Origin: Takakia lepidozioides
Taxonomy: Eukaryota > Plantae > Bryophyta
Direction: 5' to 3'
Assembly (NCBI GenBank): GCA_030704615.1
Contig: CM060731.1
Coordinates: 24,118,001 to 24,182,000 of the forward strand
Length of the DNA: 64,000 bases
Part shown: positions 15,579 through 27,325 of the stretch, piece by piece
How positions within the stretch are numbered: the stretch's first letter is position 1
Layout of the letters: every line of letters starts with the position of its first letter
Notes under the pieces: model-generated
Told to the model about the DNA's origin: nothing
Databases searched by the model: none
The model's input: the letters and a program-made list of their open reading frames with translations, nothing else
Program-made: the position numbers and the translations under genes

Positions 15579-16700
15579 ATGGCACCTAAGCTGCAATTGA
15601 ATAATGAGCAGCATATGATTATCTTGTTACACCATGAAGATCAATCTACTCGAAACAAAATCATGAGCAACAAGGCTCTGGCTGCATGGGCATCACAAAA
15701 CTTTCAATGTCAAGTATCTGAAATGAATATTAGTAGGCTTTTAAAGCGGAAATATGAGTACATTAATCTTACAAAACCTCACTCTAAGAGATGTATGATA
15801 GCTTTATTTCTAAGAATTGAAGAAGCTACTTTCTCTTGGTTTTCTCTTATGTAGAAAAGAGGTGCAACCTTCATTGATGCATCGATATGTGACAACTGAT
15901 GTGTTTAACATGGATGAAACCAGACTTTTCTACAAACTCAACCCAACAAAACTCTGACAACTAAACATTTGAGTGAAAAGAAACAATTCAAATAACGCAT
16001 TACTGAACATTTCTTTGACATCAAATGCAGACGGGAATATTAAACTACCTCCGTTTGTCATCAACAAGTCAGATAAGCCTTATGCATTTACACGTAGGCA
16101 TATTACACGTCCGGAAAATCTAGGTATCTTGTGGTCAACAACAAAAAGGCATGGATGACCATTCCTTTAGTCAAGAAATTTTTACTCGACTTTGAAAGAA
16201 AGATGCGGCTAGCTAGCAAAGAATTTTTTTTGCTCTTGCAGCTGGACAACTTATATGGGCATAAGGTGGTGAATATTGGTGAGCAATTACACATTATCAC
16301 TATCGATCGTTATGTTGCCTCCTAATACCACTAGTAAGTGGCAACCAATGGACGCCGGAATCATCAAGTGTTTCAAGGCTCATTACATGAGGTCTTTAAT
16401 CAATCATCAGATTGATGCTTTGATGGATAATAAAGAACATTCTCATTATGTGTACCAAGCTGTGGTTATGCTTGCAAAAACATGGCGTATTTCGGTGGAT
16501 TCTAATACAATCAGACATTGTTGGCGGCACCGTGGTTTGTTTTGTTTGCCCAATTTATATGAGAATGAGGGCGAGAATTCTATCAGACAGACTTCTGAAA
16601 TTGTTATTGAAGAGGTTGACATATTGTTAGGACGTTTTGCGGAGGTCTCATTCAATCACAATAGAGATTGTCCTACATGGATGCTCGAGAACATGTCGAG
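15579..16700 (+). pseudogene. CENP-B/Tigger-type pogo transposase relic
   Basis: LAAWASQNF..VSEMNISRLLK (HTH), IEEATFSWF, DVFNMDETRLFYK, NADGNIKLPPFVINKSDKP, NKKAWMT, LDN..GH and LPPNTTSKWQPMDAGIIKCFKAHY. Internal deletion and frameshifts; no TIRs identified. Confidence 0.88.
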
Positions 16701-18208
16701 TTCATTATTTGTTATTTTCAACCCTCTAATGAATAAATATTGGATTATGTTTGATTGAAGAAATACTATATGCAGTGAAGGTTGTATGTACTAAATCCTA
16801 AACCTTTTCAACTGTTATTTTTTTATGGTTTTGACCTGCTGTATTGTTTTCTTCTCAAATGTTATGTTTTGGACTTTGACCTCTATTTGTGTTATCTGAT
16901 ATATCTACATAATGTTATCAGGGTCGATTGTATTGATAAAATTCCTCATTTTTGGCCTACCACCACGAAAAAGAAAATTTCCATATAGACAGCAGACAAT
17001 ATAATTTTTCATCTTAAAAACAACTAAATCAGTTTATGAATTTAAACAATATGAAGTTGCAATTTTCTGAAAATACCTCAATATATGGCTCACAATTAGA
17101 TCACATTTGAACCAATGCCCAAAATTACCAATGGAAATCTGGTGTTGCATAAGCAACCATAAATCAATATTTATTGCTTTTAAGTTGCCTAGTCTTGTTT
17201 CACAATATCATTATATATCAACCATAATTGAAACCAATTAACGTGGTAACTGTGCTTTTAAATAATACGTTAATACTAAAAAAAACTTCATTTATATGGA
17301 GGAGCCAACACGTGACTAGCCGCTTGTTTGGAAGTGGTCATTTTGTCTCTCACAACACATTTTTATAGTCATGGAACATATTCAACATTATATCAGTTAG
17401 TTTGTGATAAAAATAGGATTCCAAATCATAAATCCTTGAAATTATAGTGGCAAGTAGGGAATGCAATTAAAGAATGTACATATATACAACGTTTTCTTTT
17501 TGAAAACAGCACGAGTGGCTACAGAGTTTTACAAAATATAGCCATACATTCTGTTTATCGGATCAAATCATGATAAAATCATCCATCTCTGTCATTTATA
17601 TTATCCATATTTGGTACATTTATCCATAATTTATTTTTTATTTGGAGAAGTTTGGCAGTTTCATCCATGAAAAACCAGGGAATTTGTGACAAAATATTTT
17701 ATTTTATTTTTTTGAGGTCGCCATTTGGCGAAAATTCACCAAAAGAAAAATGTTGCATGTATATATACACACACACACACATATAATGCCTCCCAAAGGA
17801 AGCGTAAAATATGGTGTCTCTTGACCCGAAGGGGTACACTGCTATATATGTATATATATACACATTATATACATTATATTATATATATTTATATATACAC
17901 TGCCTTCCACTAGGAAGGTGAACACCTTTGTGACACCAATCAGTGGACTGAACCAGTGTTGGATTGGTATACCGATAAGAAACTGGTATCAATATTGGTA
18001 TGTATACACCAGTCTGGTATCACCTCAGGCCACGACCTAGCATATACCCATATTGCCCTTGTATCTACTTCGTAATACTGTGGATAGTACCCTACCACTT
18101 TGGTAGGTGGTTGAAAATCTGGTACCTGATACCAGTACCATGTCCATTTTTATGAGGAAGACCTAGGTATCAATATTGACGGCGCAATATGCAGTATGCA
18201 TGATATGG

Positions 18209-18420
18209 ATGCAGCTTTAATCAATAAGCAAAATATAAATCAGGTCTTGGATCGTGTGATCTCTGATTGTGCCCTCATATCATGCAGCTTTCAATAAGCA
18301 AAATACAAATCAGGTCTTGGATCGTGTGATCTCTGATTGTGCCGTCATATCATGCAGCTTTCAATAAGCAAAATACAAATCAGGTCTAGGGTCTTGGGGG
18401 GGTGTGATCTGTGATTATGC
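18209..18420. repeat. ~70-bp tandem repeat (about 3 copies) in the hAT 5' region
   Basis: ATGCAGCTTT..CAATAAGCAAAATA(T/C)AAATCAGGTCTTGGATCGTGTGATCTCTGATTGTGCC repeated. Confidence 0.9.
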
Positions 18421-20149
18421 CATTGAGCCTTCAATGTTGCCGGCAGTGAGTTACTGGTACACTGCTGCAAAAAATTTGTGTTCTTTATCGATTATATTAT
18501 GATTCATATGTACTGCTAAAATGTCTTGCTTTCCTGCGTTCTTGTCTGCGCTCTTGTTGTTTGCAGGGTGCTTTGTGTGCATGGATTGGGCTACAGTGAT
18601 TTGTTTCTACTAGCAGTAGTTGTATCACAGAGTTCTTTGGAGCGAGGCAACCCTACAACAAGAACGACCCGCAGCAACAACGTTTCATTGAGGATCTTGT
18701 TTTGTTGATCGCTAAAAGGTGCATTGCTTTGTCAGTTGTTGAGAGTCCCTGGTTGAGAAGAATGGTCCTGTCGTGTGATGCGAAGGTGGCTTTTCCAACA
18801 AGGAGGCACCTCGTGAAGGAACACATACCAGCAATGTTGGCTAAAACAATGGATCAGTTTGTGCTGCCATTAATAGCTACTGCTGCTACGGTTAGTATTA
18901 CCCTTGATTTGTGGATGTCATGAGCAGGGTTGCTATGGTTGTGAACTTTATCGATGACTACTGGGTTCCAAAGCATGTCACGATCGGCCTATTCGAGGCT
19001 AGGAGTACATCTGGTGTTGCTTTGGCTAAGATCGTGAAACCCTTATTGGCTGAGTTTCAGCTCACTGATAAAGTCATAGCTTATGTCAAAGATGAGGGTT
19101 CGAATTTTGGAATACTAGAGTCAGCTCTATCAAGTGTGGTTACTTGTAAATCATTGCAATTGATGAAGCTTTTCCAGGCACTTGCTTTGGTCATGTCATG
19201 TCAAAAATGTGCTAGTACGCAACAACAGAGGACAAAGTCTGTCAGTTAATGAGGGAAGTTTCCATAAAAGATGCACAGGCAGCCTTGCAGGAAACGATCA
19301 CACTACAATACAAGCTGGGCTTTTCGACTCTGTATTTGACTCATTTTCGAGTCGTTTGCGACATTTTTGCTCCAAGCCTCCATAGTCGAACATGCGTGAC
19401 AAAGGTCAAGTCGTTTCAGTCAAGCAGTCAAATCCAGATGCCAGGTTTTGACAGTGAAATGTGACAGTAAAACCTAGGGGGTGACGTGTAGGCAACACAG
19501 TATGACGTGGATGAGACGTGGCTATGACGTGGTTTAACTGGATTATGACGTGAATGCATGACGTGTAGTAAAGTGGTTTAACTGAAGTGGAACATATTGA
19601 CTACATTCCATGATGTTTAGTATGCGGTTTGACTGTAAATCAGTGATAGTGAGTTTGCTTGACTTTGTATAGTGTAATATTTTACTGTGAATCGGTAAAA
19701 GAGGACACATTTTAGTAAATATGTTTCACTCTGGAGATGTATATATATACACACAAATATAAAAATAAATACATACATATATATATGTAGAAATTGGGGA
19801 GGCCTTTTGTTTGATAACAAATACTACAAAACATAGAATACAAATACATGGCAGGAACCAAAAACATTTGGATGGCTCAAAACTGGTTTATGTCAAGAGT
19901 GTTTTATAAAACAAGTTTGGTCACTTTCTACAGATGACCAACATGAGGGCTATGTTGCCATATCCATAGATCACTGCCCAAGTGAAGTCATTGAGTAAAG
20001 AAAATCTGCTGTGCAGCTAGGTCCAGCACTATTGTGGACATGTCAAGAGAAAATCAGAAATCATTTCGAGAATGAATTCAGGAACTTGTGGTTCCAGAGA
20101 ATAGTGGTGCCAGCTACCATGTCACCCAAAGTGACATCCACTTCCAGGG

Positions 20150-22760
20150 CTGCCTTGACATACATATCCACCAAGGCAGTGTTTAGAGTGACATCTAGTG
20201 ATACAACTCCAGCTTTGACGATGTCACCATGGACCTTTGTGCCCTTTTTAGGGCTGGCAGGCTCACATTTGACGTAGATGTACACCAAGGGAATGTTCAG
20301 AATGACATCTGGTACAATTCCAGATTTGATAATGTCACCATGAACCTCTTTGCCCCTCCCCAGGGCTGCTAGGTTCGCATATGCATATTACAACACAAAT
20401 GGAACATGACCTGGTCTGGCTTCATCCCTTCCCACATCATGTGCTCTTAGGTTTCCAAAGCCTTAATCCCATACCCATCATAATGCACATACCTTGCAAT
20501 CATGGCACTCCAAAATACCACATCTCGTTCAGCCATATTGTCGAACTCTACCTTCGCATCAGGTTTGCTGCACCCACATTTGGCATACATGTCCACCAGG
20601 GCAGAGTTCAGAATGACAACTGGTACAATTTCCACTTTAACGATCGGCATAAGCAAGGGAAGGACACAGCAGAGCTGCTGCTCTCTTCCATTGCCAAAAA
20701 AACACAGAAGAAAAAAAAGGGAGGGGCTGAGAGAGCCGCCATGGCTGTGAAGTACCAGTATGCTGCAACGTGATGTGGTTGGGCTTCACCCCTTCCCCCA
20801 TCAATATTTGATCATAGGTCTCCAAAGCCTCCATACCATGTCCCTGCTGTGCATACCAATGTTCCCCCCACGTTCCATGACACCACATCTCGTTCAGCCA
20901 TAGTGTTGAAAACTCCCTTAGCATCCTTAATGCACCCACATTTGGCATACATGTCCACCAGGGCAGTGTTCAGAATGACATCTGGTGTAAATCCAGCTTT
21001 GACGATGTCACCATGGACCTCTTTCCCCTTTTCCAGAGCTCCCAGCCTGAGAATTAATGAACTTACCGAAACTGCAGACTCTCTTTCGCAAGCAAAGCTA
21101 ACTTGGAATGACAGCCACGTTCATGCACTAGCGGACAGTGACACTGTCCAATCTGCAAAATACATGTTGGAGATGATTGCGTCAATCCACCTATCAATGA
21201 CAAGTACACAACCCTGTTATATATTGTGCACCCTCCTTTCTCTCTGAGCAGATCAGAAACAGAACCAGTGAAGAAAGTGGCAACTGAAACTAGTACATCT
21301 AGGTCTCTGAAGTGTGTCTTGATTGAACCAGCCTTAGGGTGCTTAAAAGTTAGGCATTGCTGCAGGCCAAGCGTTCCTAGTAGCACCTCCGAGCCAATTG
21401 AAGGATTTTTGGGTGCTGAGATCCCCTACACAGGTTGGTTGGCCAACCTTGGACAAAGACATAGAGACTGATTGTTTTATATGGTCAGGCACATTCACTC
21501 CAAATGACTCGTGGAGCTGGAAGAACCTCTTCTGCCACTGCTATTCTCTGCAAAGCAGGAAACCAGAGGAACTTGTTTAGACCAGCCCCAAACTGTCCCT
21601 CTCTTCACCATAGTATGCCTGCACATAAGGCTTTGCAAAGAGGTGGACCCTACACTGTGCTTGCAAAACCAATACCAGTCTGAATAACATGCATACAAAT
21701 AAAAATTCCAGCTTACTTTAGCTACAAAGGAGTGGCCATGCCAAACCGGTATGAGCGTATAGTAGCAGAACAATGAGCTTTCTGTTCCAGCAGTGTTCAG
21801 GATCACATCTGGTACAATTCCAGCTTTGACGATGTCGCCATGCACCTCTTTGCCCTTTTCCAGGGCTGCAAGGCTTGCACACGCACTGCAAACGCACACA
21901 AACGTGATGTGGTCGGGCTTCACTCCTTTGCACATCATTTGCTCATATGTCTCCAAAGCCTCTATCCCGCGTCCTTGCTTTGCATACCCTGCAAGCATCG
22001 CACTCCACAACACCACATTTCGTTCAGCCATGTTTTTGAACACTCCCTTTGCACCCTCGATGCTCCCACATTTGGCATATATGTCCACCAGGACAGTGTT
22101 CAAAATGACATCTGGTACAAATCTAGCTTAGACGATGTCACCATGGACTCTTTCACCTTTTCCAGAGCTCCCAGCCTTGTACACGCATTGAAAACACAAA
22201 CAAACGTGATGTGGTTGGGCTTCACCCTTCGCGCAACAGTTGCTCATAGGTCTCCAATGCATTCCTACCACACCCATCCTTGGTAAATCTGCCAACAATA
22301 TATTCCACGTGATCAAAGATCGTTGAGGCATTCTGTTGAACACTTGGTGAACATACATGTTGACAAGGGTGTTCAGGAGAAAAACATTTGGTGTGAATCC
22401 ACTTTGGATAATGTGAGTGTGCACCTGCTTTCCAGCTTCCAGGCCTAGAGCCTCTTTCAGTCTGCCTGCCTCACAAAACATCTTCACAGGCCCAGAAGTG
22501 CCAGAAGACGCATTGTGGACTCCCTCTCTTGATCCTCTAGTTCCAGAAGCTGTGGTCATGGTTGAGGTGCCTGATTTTATCAACTGTGCCACTGCAGCTG
22601 CTGCCTTTAGTTGACCATATACCCATGCAGGTTTCTTGTAGCTATTGATCCACAGGGAATCATAGGTAATCTTGTGCTTGAAATTTGGCCCTCTTGGATG
22701 CATTTGTACCCACACTCTACCCCTGCTCCTTCAGTTATCCATGCCTCTGCACAAATCATG
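20150..22760 (-). pseudogene. PLS-class pentatricopeptide repeat (PPR) gene remnant inside the CACTA element
   Basis: N-terminal extension, then VKMFCEAGRLKEAL, then repeated S-P-L motifs such as LNTVLVDIYAKCGSIEGAKGVFKNMAERN / VVLWSAMLAGYAKQGRGIEALETYEQMMCKGVKPD / HITFVCVCSACASLAALEKGKEVHGDIVKAGIVPD. Broken by deletions, frameshifts and two foreign inserts. No E/DYW domain visible. Confidence 0.95.
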
Positions 22761-23633
22761 CATTCATCATTGCCTTGCTGCTAGCAGCTGACAATGACAG
22801 CCTAGATTGTTCTAGGAAAAACACAACTCAGCTTATCACACTAGTTCCTATGCTGACTTGTGTCTGCTACTCTCTGTAATCTAACAGGCATTCACCGTTT
22901 AGCCTCAGTTATACCATCATTGACTGGTGTTCGAAAAGTATTCATTCCACAGCCTCTCCTCATCTCTGTTACCTGTTTTTCGATACTTTCCTGTTCTGAA
23001 ATTGGCAGTATCATGTCAAAGTCACTCCAAACTAGATTCACTCAACTAGCTAACTTGCAGAATTCAACATGGAAATTTAGGGCGGATTCTGATAAGAAGG
23101 AAAAACAGGGTGAAATGTGTTGAAGAAGGTGCCTTGATTAGCAGTGCCTGATTTTATCCATTGTGCCGCCGCTGCTGCGGCTTCCAGTTGACCATTTCTT
23201 GTAGCTATACTCCACAGGGAATCATAGGTAATCTGGAGCTTGAAATCCGGGCCTCTTGGATGAATCTGGACCCACAATCTATCCCTGCATTCCTTCAGCT
23301 ATCCATGGCTGTGTACAAATCGTGAATACATCCTCAGCCTTGCTGCAGCTAGCAGCTGAAGCAGCTGACACTGAAGCCCTAACCCTAACTACAGTAACAT
23401 GTCAAAATCACTCCAAAAACCACCATAGATCCACCAACGAGCTTCTCCTCATCTATGTTATTTGTTTTTGGATACTTTCCTGCCGCCACATCGGTAGTAA
23501 CTTGTCAAAGTCACTCCTAACCACCACAGATCCAACCTAAACGAGCTAACTTAGTACAGAATTCAATATGCATCTCAGGGCCGAGTATGATGAGGGCGTA
23601 AAACAGGCAGAAATAGGTTCAAGAAGAAGGTGC
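22567..23633. repeat. Two diverged tandem copies of the PPR gene 5' region (~22567-23133 and ~23143-23633)
   Basis: The copies encode WVQMHPRGPNFKHKITYDSLW and WVQIHPRGPDFKLQITYDSLW, and share collinear non-coding blocks (CTCCTCATCT.TGTTA, GTCAAAGTCACTCC, CAGAATTCAA). Confidence 0.85.
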
Positions 23634-23689
23634 CCTCACCACATTGTCCACCTTGACCTTGTGTCATGACCCATGGAGGATTTGACCAA

Positions 23690-24372
23690 CCATCAACCCA
23701 AAGAACCTCTTGTGTGTGCTCTGCTTGTGTTTGTAGTCAGGTACTGTCGGATTGGTCTGTGAGAACCACCACGGTGCAGCTGAGCAGGCAGAGATTGAAA
23801 GACGACATGCTAAGACCAAGCTGACTCTCCCAAGAACCTTGTAAACATCAGGAGGAATACCAAATCGTGGTACTAACAGGAGCCAAGAGCCCACATTTGC
23901 AGGATGGAGAAACTCCTTCACATCGTACATTAAGAAAAAGCCACACCTTGCGATTGCGGTTGTCGCACCATCGTGAAGGATCTTAAGAAAAAACTCATGC
24001 CAGCTCTGCTCCGTGCTGCAAATTCAAGGCCGAGTCTGAGGAGAGGGCAAAACAGGTCTGACCATGAACCCAAGAGGACCTCTTGTGTGTGCTGCTTGTG
24101 TCTGTAGTCAGGTAATGTCGGATTGGTCCGTGAGAACCACCACGGTGCAGCTGAGCGGGCATAGATTGAAACACGAAGTTGACTCTCCCAAGAACCATGT
24201 AAACATGAGGAAGAATACCAAATCGTGGTACTAACAGGAGCCAAGAGCCCACATTTGCAGGATTGACAAACTTCTTCACATCATACATTAAGAAAAAGCC
24301 ACACCTTGCGATTGCGGTTGTCCCACTATCTGGAAGGATCTGTAAACAACTCATGCCAGCTCTGCTCCGTGC
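23690..24372. repeat. ~330-360-bp tandem duplication inside the CACTA cargo
   Basis: ~23690-24016 matches ~24060-24372; both translate on - as MYDVK.F..PANVGSWLLLVPRFGI. Confidence 0.9.
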
Positions 24373-24419
24373 TCCAAGGCGGCGGTTTGTGCTCCGACAC
24401 ACAGAGCAATCAGCCTTTT

Positions 24420-24535
24420 TCTTGGCCCATGCCCTTGCTAAGAAAATCCTGCCATCATTGCATTCCACGAGACTACATTGCGTTCAGGCATTTCGAAAAA
24501 CACTCGTCGTGCATCCACTATACTTCCGCTCATGC
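24420..24535 (-). pseudogene. Separate PLS-PPR fragment (S/P motif junction)
   Basis: [33 protein letters not shown]; differs in sequence from the main array. Confidence 0.85.
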
Positions 24536-24722
24536 CAGCTCTAAACCCTAAACACAAAGCCCGCCTTGCGATTGTATTCATTCCTCCGCTCCTCTCCAGA
24601 AGCCCTGCAACTTCCAAACTACAGCTCACTAGCTTTCACGATGCTTTGGATGCAGACCCCAAAAACACTAAGTCCCAGCCTGCACATTGCGACTTAGCAA
24701 CCCTAAATTCGAGCCAAGTGCA

Positions 24723-24955
24723 TTATCATTCGTTCATACGTTCATCCAGTAGTTGCCAGCAAGGCGTTTGCTTTATCATTCATTCATACGTTCATCCAGT
24801 GCACAAAAATTATGTTTGATACGTTCATCCAATAGTTGCCAGCAAGGCGTTTGTTTATCATTCGTTCAGATAAACATTTGTTTTGTTTCACTAACCTTTC
24901 ATACATTCATCCGATAGCTGCCAGCAAGCATTTGTTTATCATTTGTTCAGATATT
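24723..24955. repeat. Short subterminal repeat array near the right end of the CACTA element
   Basis: Recurrent TTATCATTCGTTCA / TAC(G/A)TTCATCC..TAGTTGCCAGCAAG units. Confidence 0.8.
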
Positions 24956-27325
24956 TCAGTTGTTAGTTTCACTACCCTTAACCAGCACACGATTAATTTA
25001 TTAATAATGTGTTGGGTCAGTGAAAATATAGTTAAATATTTTTATTTCTTATTATCCACATATATATTGCTATATAATTTATATATTGTTATTACACGTG
25101 CCATTTCTTAACTGGTTGTCTCAGTCAGCTCATTTTAGGTAGTCAAAGTCTCTCACTACAGTCAAAATTTTAATATAAATTTTGACTACAAAATGGTTGG
25201 AACAGTCGAAAGTGACAACAGTCAACACCAGCGTCAAACTAAATCATCGAAATTACATAGGGTGTGTTGTAGTGTCACATGGACGAAGAAGTCAGGAAAA
25301 GGAAGGCAAGAATGGGATAGGGCTTGTGTCGAGGTAGGTCTGCCTGCTCGCAAACTGAAGACCCCTGTGAAAACCAGGTTCGCTTCAAAGGTAGTTATCT
25401 TTCAAGAGACGTTAGAGTACGCTGATGCAATTAACATTTGTTAAGGTCGGCAATCTATTACTCTTCAAGCCAGGGTACCTTCGGGGTTGACGTGAGCTAT
25501 TGCTTGGGCTGTGACTGATACGCTCAATCCGGTTGTTCAGCAGTGTGTGCTAAATAAAACCAGGGGTTATTGGCTCTTATCAGATGCTTTGGTAGCGGCC
25601 TTGTCAATCTCAGTGAAGCTTAGGGCTGATTATACCCGTAGAGCGATGACAGTTCCATCTTTACAGTGCGGCAATTTTGACGATGTACTAGAAATCTTGT
25701 ATGGCTGCATGGCTGGACAAGCTGTGAATGTATTACTTCCTTTTCTAGACTTTGCTGTGGCATTCAATCGCTCACAAGCACACAATATGGTAGCATTAAT
25801 GGTTGACCCTAGATATAAAGGGTTGGAGTGCTTGACGGAATATGTTGGCAGAGATGCAACTAAGGTCATCGTGAAGGTGTATGACAAAGAAGTCTTAATC
25901 CCGATGTTGGTATCAGCTTCAAAGTTCATGAATCCAAGTAGCCATAACACCCTTCCGCGAGCAACACTACGGCTTGATAACTCATTGTTTGGAGCCGAGG
26001 CCTCTACTGATTAAGCTGTTGAAGAAATGTTGAAGACTAAGTTGTCCTTATTTCGTCGTTTGGTGGTTGAAGATAAGGATGTGAAATCTCCGCTCCTGTG
26101 GTGGAAGGTGCAGCAGAATAGATTTCCTGTTGTTGCTTTTATTGCTAGGCAGTTTCTAGCCATTCCTGGGTCTCAGATCCGAGACTGAGAGGATTTTTAG
26201 CATTGCAGGCATATTGACAGCTTTGAGGCGGTGTAAGTTGGGGCTAGAAAATCTGGATAGTCTTATCATGATCAAATGAAGATGAAATACGTGAAGCTTG
26301 ATACTTTGAGGAATAAAATCAATGAAAAGCATGCTTGTACACATTTATATGAGAAGTGGGCCTGTCAATATTATATTAATATATCATGAGTTTTTTTTGA
26401 CACCAGACCAGTATTAATAATACCCTGGTATCGATTTCTAAAATCTCTTGCTATTGATACCCGTAAAACACCACACTAATCTGTATTATTGATACCACCA
26501 TGGTATGTGTGATCTCAGATTTTTGCCAATACTAGTACCTCCCTCGTATCACAATTGGCCGGAGGACTAACCGCCACGGCCACGGGAAAGCCACAAAGGA
26601 GCACTCCTATATACCAGTACCAGCCTGGTGTGTTCAAAATACGATACCAGTCCAACACTGGACTGAACCCACAACCCACTTCCCAGGTGGATGTGCCCAT
26701 TGAATAAAAATGTGGCCAAAGGTGCAAATTTTGCTAAAACTTCTGATTCACATCACACCCACTCGTTGTTATCCTTAGATTACTTGGATTCCCTACAAAA
26801 ATACCTTAGGAGGTTGTACAATACAAAATATGAAAGACAAGTACTAACCCTCAAATGCTTGAAGCCATTAAAACTGCGCCCTGCCTCTGCTTTTTAAAAA
26901 TTATCTTGGGAAATTTTCAACCTGTGGAGGCCACCTACCCGGAAAAAGTTTTGAGGAAAATCAGGCAGCTCCTTTCCAAGATTATAATATTTGACCTAAG
27001 GGACAAACATTCATGCACTGGAGTGTCACATCACATCTAGGTAGTGGAATAATGATTATAAATATGTTTAGACCTTTTGAAATTATATTGCTGATGTTAT
27101 GCCCTGAATTCCCCATAATTTTTGACCAAATTTCAACCAGACTTGTTAATGTACTGACCATTCACAGCCTTCAAAATGGAGATATTTCCTTTGGGCAGCT
27201 CAAAAAGTTTATATAGAAATCCACCAAAAAACAAAATTCAGCCTGTCAAAGCCCTCACTCAGCCCCAGTGTAGGGGAAGGACCTGAGTGGACGGCCTTCC
27301 CTTGAATAAAGCAATTTAAATCTGC

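Larger units (their letters stand above)
19301..25274. mobile_element. Non-autonomous CACTA (En/Spm) element carrying host gene fragments (Pack-CACTA), 5974 bp
   Basis: Termini CACTACAATACA... and ...TGTGTTGTAGTG (12-bp TIR, 1 mismatch). 3-bp TSD TCA (19298-19300, 25275-25277). Removal restores hAT codons GAA ACG ATC ACA TGG ACG (ETITWT). Subterminal AGTC(A/G)AA / TT(T/C)GACT motifs at both ends. No transposase seen inside. Confidence 0.95.
18630..26280 (+). pseudogene. hAT transposase pseudogene, split by the CACTA insertion (pieces ~18630-19300 and 25278-26280)
   Basis: DPQQQRFIEDLVLLIAK, VSITLDLWMS, KDEGSN, CFGHVMSK, LQETIT|WTKKSGKGRQEW, LKTPVKTRF and DPRYK, plus hATC dimerisation motifs PLLWWK...RFP...ARQFLAIPGSQI.TERIFSIAG. 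Multiple stops and frameshifts. Confidence 0.93.
17954..26660 (+). mobile_element. hAT-superfamily DNA transposon (8707 bp including the nested CACTA)
   Basis: 17-bp TIRs CAGTGTTGGATTGGTAT / ATACCAGTCCAACACTG (1 mismatch). Perfect 8-bp TSD GACTGAAC (17946-17953, 26661-26668). Subterminal GGTAT/ATACC motifs and an internal hAT transposase. Confidence 0.96.
17786..26701 (-). mobile_element. tRNA-derived SINE (family 1) split by the hAT insertion; pieces at 17786-17953 and 26661-26701
   Basis: Removing 17954-26668 restores ...GTGACACCAATCAGTGGACTGAAC-CCACAACCCACTTCCCAGGTGGATGTGCCCATT, collinear with the other SINE copies. Confidence 0.9.

Noticed and set aside
4229-18420. Tandem arrays (4229-4704, 7134-7323, 18209-18420) as CRISPR arrays
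   Set aside because: Whole units repeat with no unique spacers, the context is eukaryotic and there are no cas genes.
20381-22286. Plus-strand ORFs over the PPR region
   Set aside because: They are antisense shadows of the minus-strand PPR repeats.
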